From NCBI GenBank assembly GCA_043753995.1, contig JAYUVP010000239.1, positions 1-11,045 on the forward strand: a stretch of 11,045 nucleotides of DNA. Direction: 5' to 3'. The stretch comes from Fibrobacterota bacterium. Its GTDB lineage: Bacteria; Fibrobacterota; Fibrobacteria; UBA11236. Position 1 is the stretch's first letter. Each line of letters starts with the position of its first letter. Shown piece after piece: positions 1 through 8,581 of this stretch. The position numbers were made by a program, and so were the translations under genes. The notes beneath the pieces were generated by a model. That model was not told the origin of the DNA. It made no database searches and worked only from the letters and a program-made list of their open reading frames with translations.

Positions 1-915
1 CGAATTGGTGACCACGCCGAATTCCAAGTAATTGCGCATTTGCTTGACGGCCATAACGGCGCAATTCTCTTCCGACTCGGCCGTGCTGGCGCCCAAGTGA
101 GGGGTGGTAATGACCTTGGGATTACCGAGCAAGGACCGGGTGGGAAAGTCGCTGATATAGCTGGCCACCTTGCCGCTTTCAATCGCTTTGAGCACGGCGG
201 CATCGTCATATATGCCCTTCCGCGCGAAGTTGAGCAAGACCACGCCGTCCTTCGCTTTTTTCAAAGCGGCCTCACCCAGCAAATGCTTGGTGGCATCGGA
301 TAGGGGCACATGCACTGAAATAATATCGGCACGCTCCAATACATCGTCCAGTTTATGGGCGATTTCGGCTTCGGGGCTCAAGTAATGAACATTGGTCACG
401 GTAGGAAAGGGGTCATAGCCCACGACCTTCATGCCGCGAGCCAAACCGCCATTGGACACGAGCACACCGATTTTTCCGAGACCGACCACACCCAAGGTCT
501 TGCCGGCTAATTCCCAACCGCTATAGTTGGCCTTGCCCTTTTCAACTTTTTCATTCAGCACCTTGTCATCGGTTTCACCTGCCAGAGTTTGGCAAAATTC
601 GACGCTTTTGTGAATGTTGCGGGCAGCCAAGCCGAGCATGATGAAAACCAATTCAGCCACGGCATTGGCATTGGCACCGGGCGTATTGAAAACGCAAACG
701 GCTTTTTCGGTGGCCTTGTCGATGGTGATATTGTTGACACCCGCACCCGCTCGGGCAATGGCCATCATGGTGGGAAAGGCATCGGTATCGACTTGGGCGC
801 TGCGCACCAAAATGCCATCGGGTGAAGCTTCTTCAGAAGCGACCTGATAGCTCGAATCGAAGTGCTTGAGGCCTTGCTGGGAAATATTGTTTAGCGTCTT
901 AATCTTGAAGGACAT
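1..915 (-). CDS. serA: D-3-phosphoglycerate dehydrogenase (D-2-hydroxyacid dehydrogenase family), 3' end outside the window
   Basis: Hand-translated because it is absent from the ORF track (no stop in the window). ATG at 915 opens 305 codons to the edge: MSFKIKTLNNISQQGLKHF...GILVRSA...AIARAGAGVNNI...VFNTPGANANAVAELV...ELAGKTLGVVGLGKIGVLV (Rossmann GxGxxG)...GYDP...ADIISVHVPL...LLNFARKG...ITTPHLGASTAESEENCA. An AGGA Shine-Dalgarno lies 6 nt upstream. Confidence 0.9.
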   Translation of the reverse strand, partial: MSFKIKTLNNISQQGLKHFDSSYQVASEEASPDGILVRSAQVDTDAFPTMMAIARAGAGVNNITIDKATEKAVCVFNTPGANANAVAELVFIMLGLAARNIHKSVEFCQTLAGETDDKVLNEKVEKGKANYSGWELAGKTLGVVGLGKIGVLVSNGGLARGMKVVGYDPFPTVTNVHYLSPEAEIAHKLDDVLERADIISVHVPLSDATKHLLGEAALKKAKDGVVLLNFARKGIYDDAAVLKAIESGKVASYISDFPTRSLLGNPKVITTPHLGASTAESEENCAVMAVKQMRNYLEFGVVTNS

Positions 916-1017
916 GAGAATTCCTAGGAAAAACCGGGGTCAATGACCTATGAAAGGCCATCAAAAGGTAACCGCAACAGCGAAATGGGAAAAGACGGTG
1001 GTTTTAAACCGGGAAAT

Positions 1018-1707
1018 TCACCGAGTGCCGGCTTCATTCGGCAAAGGAGGCAAACCCATGGTTTCAGCGAAGGTTGGGGGGGCAGGGTCTTTTTCAAGAA
1101 AAATCTTATAGCCAGCATAACCACCGCCACCGAGCACGGCCAGGGCTAAAGGCAATTGCCAATACATGGCATTGGCCTTGCGTTTGATTTTGCTGGCGAT
1201 TTTCTTGCCCCATTTGAAAGACATGGTGATGACCCCATAGTCTTCCTGCACATCGTATTCAAAGTCATAATTCGTGAATAGACTGACGCGAACCACATCT
1301 CGGATATCGGGTCTTAAACCTGCGACATCCTTATTCAGGTCGAGCTTAAATAATTCCACCGTACTATTGGTGATGGGATCCTCATGGATGGGGTCCATAA
1401 TGGATTCGCCAATATGAGTGTCGTAAAAGTCGAAAACCACGGCTTTTTTGACCGGGTCATAATAGTTGAAGTAGGCAGAAGGTTTTTCGGTGAGAAGAAA
1501 GACAATGCTCAATTCCTTGCTTTTATCGTCGCCTTCGCGTTTGCTGAACTGGACACCTTCGATGGTGCAAATGATTCCCTGTTCGTCTTCGGTACGCGTC
1601 GGCGCATCGTCGAGGTCCACGAGATCTTCATATTGAGCTAGGACTGGAGCCGCACCTAAGGCCAGGGCAAAAACCGCCAAGTAACGAAAAAGCCGAGAAA
1701 ATCCCAT
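1018..1707 (-). CDS. Exported hypothetical protein with an AMIN-like beta-sandwich and a C-terminal hydrophobic segment
   Basis: 229-aa ORF. Sec signal peptide MGFSRLFRYLAVFALALGAAPVLA|Q. The strands LSIVFLL...AVVFDFYDT...VVRVSLFT resemble AMIN-domain spacing (by eye). C-terminus is WQLPLALAVLGGGGYAGYKIFL followed by a Pro-rich tail. A purine-rich GAAGGGG lies upstream of the ATG. Confidence 0.7.
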   Translation of the reverse strand: MGFSRLFRYLAVFALALGAAPVLAQYEDLVDLDDAPTRTEDEQGIICTIEGVQFSKREGDDKSKELSIVFLLTEKPSAYFNYYDPVKKAVVFDFYDTHIGESIMDPIHEDPITNSTVELFKLDLNKDVAGLRPDIRDVVRVSLFTNYDFEYDVQEDYGVITMSFKWGKKIASKIKRKANAMYWQLPLALAVLGGGGYAGYKIFLEKDPAPPTFAETMGLPPLPNEAGTR

Positions 1708-1741
1708 CAGGCCCTACCCCTTCGGATGAGTCACATCTTTC

Positions 1742-1769
1742 AAAATAGGCCGTGTACGGCCTAAGTCAA
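1742..1769 (-). promoter_or_regulatory. Putative sigma70-type promoter (TTGACT-16 bp-TATTTT) for the 1018..1707 gene, with an inverted repeat covering the spacer
   Basis: On the - strand: TTGACT (1769-1764), a 16-bp spacer, then TATTTT (1747-1742). The inverted repeat TAGGCCGT-gt-ACGGCCTA spans 1746-1763. Confidence 0.4.
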
Positions 1770-1840
1770 CCCACAAAGTAAGCAAATCCGTGGAAATTCG
1801 GATTCGGGTCAGCCATTCAGGCTGGTCTTACCTTTCGTTG

Positions 1841-3223
1841 ATGTGCCGCAACCGAGCCTTAATGCTCTTTCTCTTTGGCCTTTTGGCCTTGGCAGCAATC
1901 ACAGGTTGGGCGATTTGGCAAAGGCTGGATCAGGATAGTGGCCTAACCCTGACCTTGATCAGTCCCCATGGGGACAATATCCGTCAAGAAATCGGTCCCG
2001 CATTTCAGGATTGGCATGCCTTGCACTATGGGACTCGTCCCGTCATGCAATGGTTGGATTTGGGCGGCACTTCGGAGGCCTTGCGGTATCTGGAGGCGCG
2101 CTATCGCCAAACACCGAAGACTTCAGGCGCCGATGTGTTTTTTGGGGGCGGCACCACACCGTTCCTAACTCTCGCCAAGGCCGGTCAACTCCAGGGCCAG
2201 GCCCTGCCTCCAGAAGTATGGACCGAAGTGCCAGCCAGCCTGAATGGCCAAAAGCTTCAGGATCCAGAGTTGGGGTGGTATGGCGTTTGTCTTTCCGGAT
2301 TCGGCATCGTTTTCAATCGTTCCCTACTCAGGCAAATGGGTTTGCCAATGCCCACCAGCTTCAGCGATCTAGCCCGTCCGGAATGCCTGGGTAAAACCGC
2401 TTTTATCGATCCACGCGGCAGTGGGTCAGCGCATGTGATTTATGAAATCATCTTGCAGAAATACGGTTGGGACAAGGGCTTTTCCCTGCTCGCACGCATG
2501 GCGGCCAATGCAGGAACCTTTACCCGCGGAGCTTCCAATGTTCTGCCTTTGATAGCCAATGGCGAAGCCGCCATGGCGGTGGCCATCGATCAATATGGAT
2601 GGTCCTTGGTCGAAAGTCTCGGCAACGATCGCATCGGCTTTGCCATGCCGGAGGGTGAAACCCTATTGACGCCCGATCCCGCGGCCTTGCTGACCGGGGC
2701 ACCTCAAGCTGAGTTGGGCCGACATTTTCTTGCCTTTTTGCTTTCGCCCGAAGCCCAAAGGCTGTGGGTGCTAAAGCCTGGCCAGCCTCAAGGTCCGAAA
2801 AAGCAAGGCCTGAATCGCTTGGCCATTCGCCCGGAGGCCTATGCGGGCTTGACCCCCGAAACCTCCTTGTTACCTGGCAATCCTTTCCGCGACACCGCGA
2901 AATCACCAGATTGGGTCTATAGCGATTCCCTGACGACGGCACGCTGGACCTTGCTCGGCGATTTGCTGGGGCTTTATTTGGTTGACCTTCATGACATGGC
3001 TCAAAGGCAATGGAAGGCCATCTTGGCAGCCGGAAAACCTGGAAACAATGACCTTAATCGTTACATAAATAACGCTTTATTCCGAGCCCCATCGCCTTGG
3101 GATTCGCTTTCGCTCCTTTTGCCTCGCTGGAAGGACGCGGAATTTCGCAATGCCAAGCTCGCCGAGTGGGAGCGGCATTTGCACCAAGGCTTGTCGCCCT
3201 CCGAAGGTTTGAATCCACCCTGA
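1841..3223 (+). CDS. ABC transporter substrate-binding protein, Fe3+/thiamine-type (AfuA/FbpA-like, type 2 periplasmic binding fold)
   Basis: N-terminal hydrophobic anchor/signal ALMLFLFGLLALAAITGWAIW. Motifs SPH, WLDLGGTSE, ADVFFGGG, GFGIVFNR, PTSFSDLARP, DPRGSGS, GEAAMAVAID, PDPAALL, FLAFLLSPEAQ. It is the first gene of an SBP-ATPase-permease run. Start placed at ATG 1841 rather than the track's GTG 1790; ATG 1862 is also possible. Confidence 0.88.
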   Translation: MCRNRALMLFLFGLLALAAITGWAIWQRLDQDSGLTLTLISPHGDNIRQEIGPAFQDWHALHYGTRPVMQWLDLGGTSEALRYLEARYRQTPKTSGADVFFGGGTTPFLTLAKAGQLQGQALPPEVWTEVPASLNGQKLQDPELGWYGVCLSGFGIVFNRSLLRQMGLPMPTSFSDLARPECLGKTAFIDPRGSGSAHVIYEIILQKYGWDKGFSLLARMAANAGTFTRGASNVLPLIANGEAAMAVAIDQYGWSLVESLGNDRIGFAMPEGETLLTPDPAALLTGAPQAELGRHFLAFLLSPEAQRLWVLKPGQPQGPKKQGLNRLAIRPEAYAGLTPETSLLPGNPFRDTAKSPDWVYSDSLTTARWTLLGDLLGLYLVDLHDMAQRQWKAILAAGKPGNNDLNRYINNALFRAPSPWDSLSLLLPRWKDAEFRNAKLAEWERHLHQGLSPSEGLNPP

Positions 3224-3232
3224 TGGGAAAAT

Positions 3233-4258
3233 ATGCTGAGCATCCGTCAAATTCGAAAATCCTTTGGCGCACAAACCGTGCTGGAAAGCATGAACCTCGA
3301 AGTCCCCGAGGGACAATTCTTTTGCTTGCTCGGTCCCTCAGGGTGCGGCAAGACCACGCTTTTGCGCATCATTGCCGGACTCGAAACTTCGGATCAAGGT
3401 CAAGTGCTTTTGCATGGGAAGGACATAACCCAAGCAGCACCTGACCAAAGGCAATGCGCCTTGGTTTTTCAAAGCTATGCCTTATGGCCGCATTTATCGG
3501 TCTTCGACAATATTGGTTATGGCTTGCAAAGGAAGCTTAAAGACAAGACTGCATTGCGCGAGGCGGTGCAAAGGCAGATCCGCGCCTTTCAATTGGAGGG
3601 ATTGGAAAATCGCTTTCCACCCACTTTATCGGGCGGGCAGCAGCAGCGCGTCGCGCTGGCCCGAGCCATGGCCATGGAGCCGCGCCTGCTTTTGTTGGAT
3701 GAGCCGTTCAGTCATCTCGATGCCGCCTTGCGACGCCAATTGAGGCGAGAGCTAAAAGAGTTTCAGCGGCGCACGGGAGCCACCGTGATCCATGTCACCC
3801 ATGATCAAGAAGAAGCCATGGCCTTAGCAGATGAAATGGCACTGCTTCTGCACGGACAATTGATCGAAACCGGCAAACCTGCCGATTTGTATTCCAGGCC
3901 ACAAAAACTGGAAACCGCCGCCTTTTTGGGAGACATGAATGTTTTAAAAGGCCAGGTCGATGAAGACGGCCATTTCCGATGGCAGGGCCGGGATTTAGGA
4001 ATCGCGCCTCTTGGATCCAAAAACCTTTGCCTAAGGCCCGAGCATATTCGCCTCAGAGTCTCGGGCCAAGATGGGTTGGCTATGGGAGAAGGGCTCTTGG
4101 GTCTGGTGGCCCTGAATGAATTCGCTGGCCACCGTCGCCATGTTGGGGTCAAGATCGACAATACATGGCTTTGGGTGCAGGCCGATGCCGCGAGCTTATT
4201 GTCCGATGGGCAGGAAGTGTGGCTCCATTGGGAGACTTCGAGGGCCCAGTGGTTTTGA
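3233..4258 (+). CDS. ABC transporter ATP-binding protein (FbpC/PotA-like) with C-terminal TOBE-like region
   Basis: Walker A GPSGCGKT, Q-loop VFQSYALWPHLSV, signature LSGGQQQR, Walker B LLLLDEP, H-loop HVTHDQEEA, and LRPEHI in the C-terminal domain. Starts 9 bp after the SBP stop. Confidence 0.95.
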   Translation: MLSIRQIRKSFGAQTVLESMNLEVPEGQFFCLLGPSGCGKTTLLRIIAGLETSDQGQVLLHGKDITQAAPDQRQCALVFQSYALWPHLSVFDNIGYGLQRKLKDKTALREAVQRQIRAFQLEGLENRFPPTLSGGQQQRVALARAMAMEPRLLLLDEPFSHLDAALRRQLRRELKEFQRRTGATVIHVTHDQEEAMALADEMALLLHGQLIETGKPADLYSRPQKLETAAFLGDMNVLKGQVDEDGHFRWQGRDLGIAPLGSKNLCLRPEHIRLRVSGQDGLAMGEGLLGLVALNEFAGHRRHVGVKIDNTWLWVQADAASLLSDGQEVWLHWETSRAQWF

Positions 4259-5982
4259 AACTGGCCAAGCCAATAGCGAAACGTGCCCGTGACGTGGCTT
4301 GGCTATTACCTCCCATTGCTTTTTTGGCTTTATTTTTGGTGGCTCCCTTAGTCGCCCTTTTGCGGCATGCCCTCTTCCCTGCTGGCCGACCCACCTTGGG
4401 CTTGCTCGCCGATATTTTCTCCAGCCCTGGGGATCGCCAAGCCATCTTAAACAGCTTGGCTTTGGGGCTTGGCGCTACCCTGGTTGCTCTCGCCCTTGCC
4501 TTACCTTATGCCTGGTGGGTCATGCGCTTGAGCCTGCCCGGAAGACGCTTGCTGCAAGGCTTGGTCCTAGTACCCTTACTATTACCCCCATTTGCTGGGG
4601 CTCTGGCCTTGCGCCAAATTTTTGGACCTCAAGGCACGGTCAACTTGCTTTTAATGCAAGCCGGATGGAGTGGCGCCCCCATTCCGTTTCTAGGGAGCGG
4701 CTTTTGGGGATGCGTGATTTTGGAAGGCCTGCATCTCTTCCCTATTCTGTTTTTCTTCCTGGCTCCGGCTATTGGAGGGATAGCCCTCGATCAAGAAGAA
4801 GCGGGACGCATGCTCGGCCCCAAGGACTGGCGATTTTACTGGCGCATAGTCTTGCCGCCTTTATGGCCTGCCATCATTGCCGGATCTTCCTTGGTTTTCG
4901 CCTGGGGCTTTACCGATTTAGGCACGCCCTTATTGCTCGACTATCGCCAAGTTTTGCCTTATCGCGTTTTCGCCCTCGTGAATGACTTGGATCAAAATCC
5001 CCGGGGCTATGCCCTGGCCCTGATTCTGCTTCTTTTGGGTTTGCTCATCGTGGGCCTTGGCCGCTTCGCCGAATCGAGGTTGGGGCGATATGCTGCGCTA
5101 GCCCATCCCCGTAACCTGCCAGTGTCGCCCTCCGGCGCGATGCCGTACTTCGCGGCCTTGATTTTATGGCTGGTCTTGGCTTTCGCAGCCTTGCCCCTTC
5201 TAGGCACGGTGCTGATGGCTTTTTCGAGCGAATGGTTTCTCACGCCTTGGCCTACGGGATTCACTTATGAGCATGCGGTCCATTTGTTTCAGCATCGCCT
5301 TACCCGTGGCAGCCTAATCAATAGCCTATTCCTAGCTAGCCTCGCCACCTTGCTGGATTTGGTCCTGGGACTATGGCTGGCCCTGGCCTTGCATCGTCGG
5401 CGAGGTGTCGTGGCGCGACTTTTGGAAAGCCTCACCCTTTCGCCCTTGCTTGTGCCGGGAATCCTGGTGGCCTTTAGCTATGTGGGCTTTTTTTCCGGCA
5501 GCGCTCTAGACCCGACGCGCAATCCGTTGCTATTGCTAGTCGCTGCATTTGCCGTGCGTCGTCTGCCCTTCACCTTCAAAAGCCTGAGCTCCCAATTGGC
5601 AAGCATTCCCCTCGCCGAAGAAGAAGCGGCCAAGTTGGTGGGCACCACGGCTTGGCAAAGACTATGGACCTTGCAATTACCACGCTTGTCAGCACAAGCC
5701 ATCGGCTCCGGACTTTTGGTTTTTGCTTTTTCCGTGCTCGAAGTTTCCGATGCCTTGGTGCTCGCCGCCCAAGAGCCCTATTTCCCGCTTACCAAAACCG
5801 TCTATTTCCTGGCGGGAAGAGTCGGCGACGGCCATGCCCTGGCGGCCGGCCTTTCCCTGATTGGAGTCGCCATCCTCTTGCTTGCTATGCTGGCGGCCAA
5901 TAAGCTTTTGGGTTCGGGTTTCGGTGCCACGCTCAGTTCGAGTCGAACAGTTTCGCGTATTGACCATAACCCTCAGCACTAA
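4249..5982 (+). CDS. ABC transporter permease with two fused transmembrane domains (FbpB/ThiP-like)
   Basis: Highly hydrophobic, with two EAA loops ([10 protein letters not shown] and EEEAAKLVG) and a DLGTPLLL motif. Start re-placed at GTG 4249; TTG 4255, which overlaps the ATPase TGA at 4256-4258, is an alternative. The track's 4165 start would overlap the ATPase by 94 bp. Confidence 0.9.
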   Translation: MVLKLAKPIAKRARDVAWLLPPIAFLALFLVAPLVALLRHALFPAGRPTLGLLADIFSSPGDRQAILNSLALGLGATLVALALALPYAWWVMRLSLPGRRLLQGLVLVPLLLPPFAGALALRQIFGPQGTVNLLLMQAGWSGAPIPFLGSGFWGCVILEGLHLFPILFFFLAPAIGGIALDQEEAGRMLGPKDWRFYWRIVLPPLWPAIIAGSSLVFAWGFTDLGTPLLLDYRQVLPYRVFALVNDLDQNPRGYALALILLLLGLLIVGLGRFAESRLGRYAALAHPRNLPVSPSGAMPYFAALILWLVLAFAALPLLGTVLMAFSSEWFLTPWPTGFTYEHAVHLFQHRLTRGSLINSLFLASLATLLDLVLGLWLALALHRRRGVVARLLESLTLSPLLVPGILVAFSYVGFFSGSALDPTRNPLLLLVAAFAVRRLPFTFKSLSSQLASIPLAEEEAAKLVGTTAWQRLWTLQLPRLSAQAIGSGLLVFAFSVLEVSDALVLAAQEPYFPLTKTVYFLAGRVGDGHALAAGLSLIGVAILLLAMLAANKLLGSGFGATLSSSRTVSRIDHNPQH

Positions 5983-7105
5983 GCTTATCCTTGGGGATGA
6001 AGCGAAGCGACGCCGAATTGATGCAATAGCGCAAGCGGGTCGGGCCGGGGCCATCGTCAAAGACATGGCCCAAATGCGAATCGCCATGTTTGCTGCGAAC
6101 CTCGGTGCGTTTCATGCCAAGGCCGCCATCGACATGCTCAGTCACATTTTGCTTCTCAATGGGTCGAGTGAAACTGGGCCAACCCGTGCCGCTATTGAAT
6201 TTGTCCTTGGAGCTGAACAAGGGCTCACCCGTGACAACATCGACATAAATGCCTTCGCGGTGATTGTCCCAATAGGCATTGTCGAATGGCTTTTCTGTGG
6301 CACTGCATTGAGTGACCTGATATTGTTCCGAGGTGAGGCGGATTTTCAAATCCGCCGCCGGCGGTTTCACATAGGCAGGGTTGGCGGGTTGTGATTCGGC
6401 ATTGTCCATTTTATTCTCCACTCCATCATTGTCTTGGTTGACGGGTATTATAGGCATCACTTCTTTTTTCCAAACCTTTTCCAAAAAGCCGATTCGACCC
6501 GAACCGCGGCTATAGCTGTTATAGCGATCGGGATTGCGCTTGCAAAAATTCTGATGATAGTCCTCGGCGGGATAAAAGGCTTTGAAAGTCTCAACGGGTA
6601 CGACTATAGGTTTATCGAAGCGATGGCTTTCGACGAGCTTTCGCTTCGAAGCTTCGGCCAATCGACGCTGTTCCTCATTGTGGGCGAAAATAATGGGGCG
6701 ATAGGCATTGCCTCTATCGGCAAATTGCCCGCCAGCATCGGTAGGATCCATGGCGCGCCAATAAGCCTCCAATAAGGTCGCATAGCTGACCACCCTGGGA
6801 TCATAGGCTATTTCAACGCTTTCGGCGTGGCCAGTCGAACCGCTACCGACTTCTTCATAGGTCGGGTTTTTCTTTGTTCCGCCGCTATAGCCTGAAACGA
6901 CGGCTTTAACGCCGTTCAGCTTTTCAAAAGGATTTTCCACGCACCAAAAACAGCCTCCCGCAAAGGTGGCATGGGCTAAGCTTGGATCAACCAAAGCCGC
7001 ATCATCCTTACTTTTGTCATAGGTGATTTTCGACGAAGCAGGCAAGGCATGTAAAATAGACGAGGAAGAGAAAGCGAGAACCGAAAAGAAGCCTTTGAAT
7101 TTCAT
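5933..7105 (-). CDS. msrAB: Bifunctional peptide-methionine sulfoxide reductase MsrA/MsrB, probably exported
   Basis: MsrA motifs [31 protein letters not shown]. MsrB motifs [49 protein letters not shown]. The N-terminal [20 protein letters not shown] resembles a signal peptide. SD-like GAAAGGT lies upstream. Confidence 0.96.
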   Translation of the reverse strand: MKFKGFFSVLAFSSSSILHALPASSKITYDKSKDDAALVDPSLAHATFAGGCFWCVENPFEKLNGVKAVVSGYSGGTKKNPTYEEVGSGSTGHAESVEIAYDPRVVSYATLLEAYWRAMDPTDAGGQFADRGNAYRPIIFAHNEEQRRLAEASKRKLVESHRFDKPIVVPVETFKAFYPAEDYHQNFCKRNPDRYNSYSRGSGRIGFLEKVWKKEVMPIIPVNQDNDGVENKMDNAESQPANPAYVKPPAADLKIRLTSEQYQVTQCSATEKPFDNAYWDNHREGIYVDVVTGEPLFSSKDKFNSGTGWPSFTRPIEKQNVTEHVDGGLGMKRTEVRSKHGDSHLGHVFDDGPGPTRLRYCINSASLRFIPKDKLSAEGYGQYAKLFDSN

Positions 7106-7172
7106 GATGACCTTTCTAGCCCAAGGCCAGAGTCCATCCCCTTGCGTGTGGTCAGGCGGTGAACCTAATTAT

Positions 7173-7817
7173 TCAGGCTTCCCAACCCCCGCGCCCAATC
7201 AGGGGAACGAAGCGACAATCTCCCAAATCGGTTTCGATAAAGCGATTGCCTTGGCGATCGATGCTCATCAGCCTTTGTACTTCGCGATTTCCGCAAGGAA
7301 TGACCAGCCGTCCGCCGTCGGCCAATTGCAAGCGCAGCTTCTCCGCCACCACCGGGGCGCCGGCGGTTACCAGAATGCGATCGTAGGGAGCCCAACTTTC
7401 CCAACCATTGCTACCATCGCCCATTTTGAAGATCACATTGCGCAGGCCCAGGCCATCCAGCAGTTTTTGCGCTCTTTGGCTCAAGCCGGTGACACGCTCC
7501 ACGGTATAAAGCCTTTTGGTGTATTGGGCCAAGACGGCCGTTTGATAACCCGAGCCCGTGCCTATTTCCAAGATTTTCATGTCTGGCCCGACATCCAGGG
7601 CATGGGTCATCATCGCCACCATGGTGGGCTGGGAAATGGTTTGATCAAAACCGATGGGCAAGGCAATGTCTTGGTAGGCTTGCTGCGATAGGGCGGAGTC
7701 GACGAATAAGTGACGGGGTATGGCCAATAAAGCGGCACGCAAAACTTCGTCGCGAATGGCAAGACGGGTCAAAACACCGTCCACCAATTGGTGCCGGGCC
7801 CGAGTCATCGCGTCCAT
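7173..7817 (-). CDS. pcm: Protein-L-isoaspartate (D-aspartate) O-methyltransferase
   Basis: Motifs IPRHLFV, AYQDIALPIG, QTISQP, motif I LEIGTGSGYQTA, GDGSNGW, APYDRILVTA, QLADGGRLVIP and C-terminal FVPL. The real start is probably ATG 7817 (GGAAGG just upstream) or ATG 7808 (ATGA overlap with the GT2 stop), not 7964. Confidence 0.95.
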   Translation of the reverse strand: MDAMTRARHQLVDGVLTRLAIRDEVLRAALLAIPRHLFVDSALSQQAYQDIALPIGFDQTISQPTMVAMMTHALDVGPDMKILEIGTGSGYQTAVLAQYTKRLYTVERVTGLSQRAQKLLDGLGLRNVIFKMGDGSNGWESWAPYDRILVTAGAPVVAEKLRLQLADGGRLVIPCGNREVQRLMSIDRQGNRFIETDLGDCRFVPLIGRGGWEA

Positions 7818-8536
7818 GCCAGCCTTCCCACCATGCGTAAAAAACGTAAGGTGTCGGCGATGAGCCGCATGTGGCTGGTTTCGCCCGCATAGACGGTGCG
7901 AATGGGCACCGAGGCCACACGCCAGCCTGCACGGTGACAGAGAATGAGGGCTTGCGCCTCCCATTCAAACCGTCCTTCGATGGGCCAAACCCCATTGGCC
8001 ATCAAGGCCGTTCGATACAGGCGATAGCCGCTTTGGGCGTCGAAAATATCTTGCTTGGCCATGCGTGAGATGACCCAGGTGGTGCTGAGATTGCTGAACT
8101 TGCGATGCCAGGGCATTGGGGTGCCGCGCACCGGCCTTTGCCCGACGATAATGCCCACGTCTTGAGCGGGATTGGAGGCCAAAAATTGCGGTAAATCTTC
8201 GACACTATGCTGGCCATCGGCATCCATGGTAATGGCCCATTGGAAACCACGTTTGTGCAAAGCCAAAAGGCCAGTTGCCAAGGCCGTACCCTTGCCTCGA
8301 TTGGCCAAATGCCTATGCACGGTCACGCCTCGGTTACGAGCGAGGACGCTGGTATTGTCGCTGGAGCCATCATCGACCACCATGACCGCTTCAGTTGGGA
8401 TTTTGGCCAAAACTTGATTCAAAACCGAGGTCAGGGACGCACCCGCCTGATAGGCAGGGATAAGCAAGGCTAGGCCAGACGGCCAAGCCGTGGTCGCCGA
8501 GTTCGGCTGAGCGGGGGACGGATTCGATTGGGCCAT
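7805..8536 (-). CDS. Glycosyltransferase family 2, DPM1-like (polyprenol-phosphate glycosyltransferase type)
   Basis: LLIPAYQ, VVDDGSSDNT, NRGKGTAL, DxD motif ITMDADGQH, DAQSGYRLY, FEWE. Its stop overlaps the pcm start region. Confidence 0.92.
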   Translation of the reverse strand: MAQSNPSPAQPNSATTAWPSGLALLIPAYQAGASLTSVLNQVLAKIPTEAVMVVDDGSSDNTSVLARNRGVTVHRHLANRGKGTALATGLLALHKRGFQWAITMDADGQHSVEDLPQFLASNPAQDVGIIVGQRPVRGTPMPWHRKFSNLSTTWVISRMAKQDIFDAQSGYRLYRTALMANGVWPIEGRFEWEAQALILCHRAGWRVASVPIRTVYAGETSHMRLIADTLRFLRMVGRLAWTR

Positions 8537-8581
8537 AGGCCATGCTCAATTTAGCTTCGCGTCTCGGAAATACGGTTGGTT

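Noticed and set aside
40..847. Several short ORFs (40-303, 170-385, 555-758, 589-825, 614-847)
   Set aside because: All overlap the real, track-missed serA frame on the - strand.
921..930. Palindrome TTCCTAGGAA upstream of serA
   Set aside because: Only 10 bp, contains the AGGA SD and has no loop, so chance is a sufficient explanation.
4165..4248. N-terminal extension of the permease given by the ORF track
   Set aside because: It overlaps the ATPase C-terminus; GTG 4249 or TTG 4255 gives normal translational coupling.
5861..6394. 177-aa + strand ORF
   Set aside because: Antisense shadow of the msrB domain with no independent protein motifs.
7023..7691. 222-aa + strand ORF
   Set aside because: Antisense to pcm and the msrAB 5' end; no recognisable family.
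7818..7964. N-terminal extension of pcm given by the ORF track
   Set aside because: It lies within the GT2 coding sequence and has no Pcm similarity; better starts exist at 7817 and 7808.
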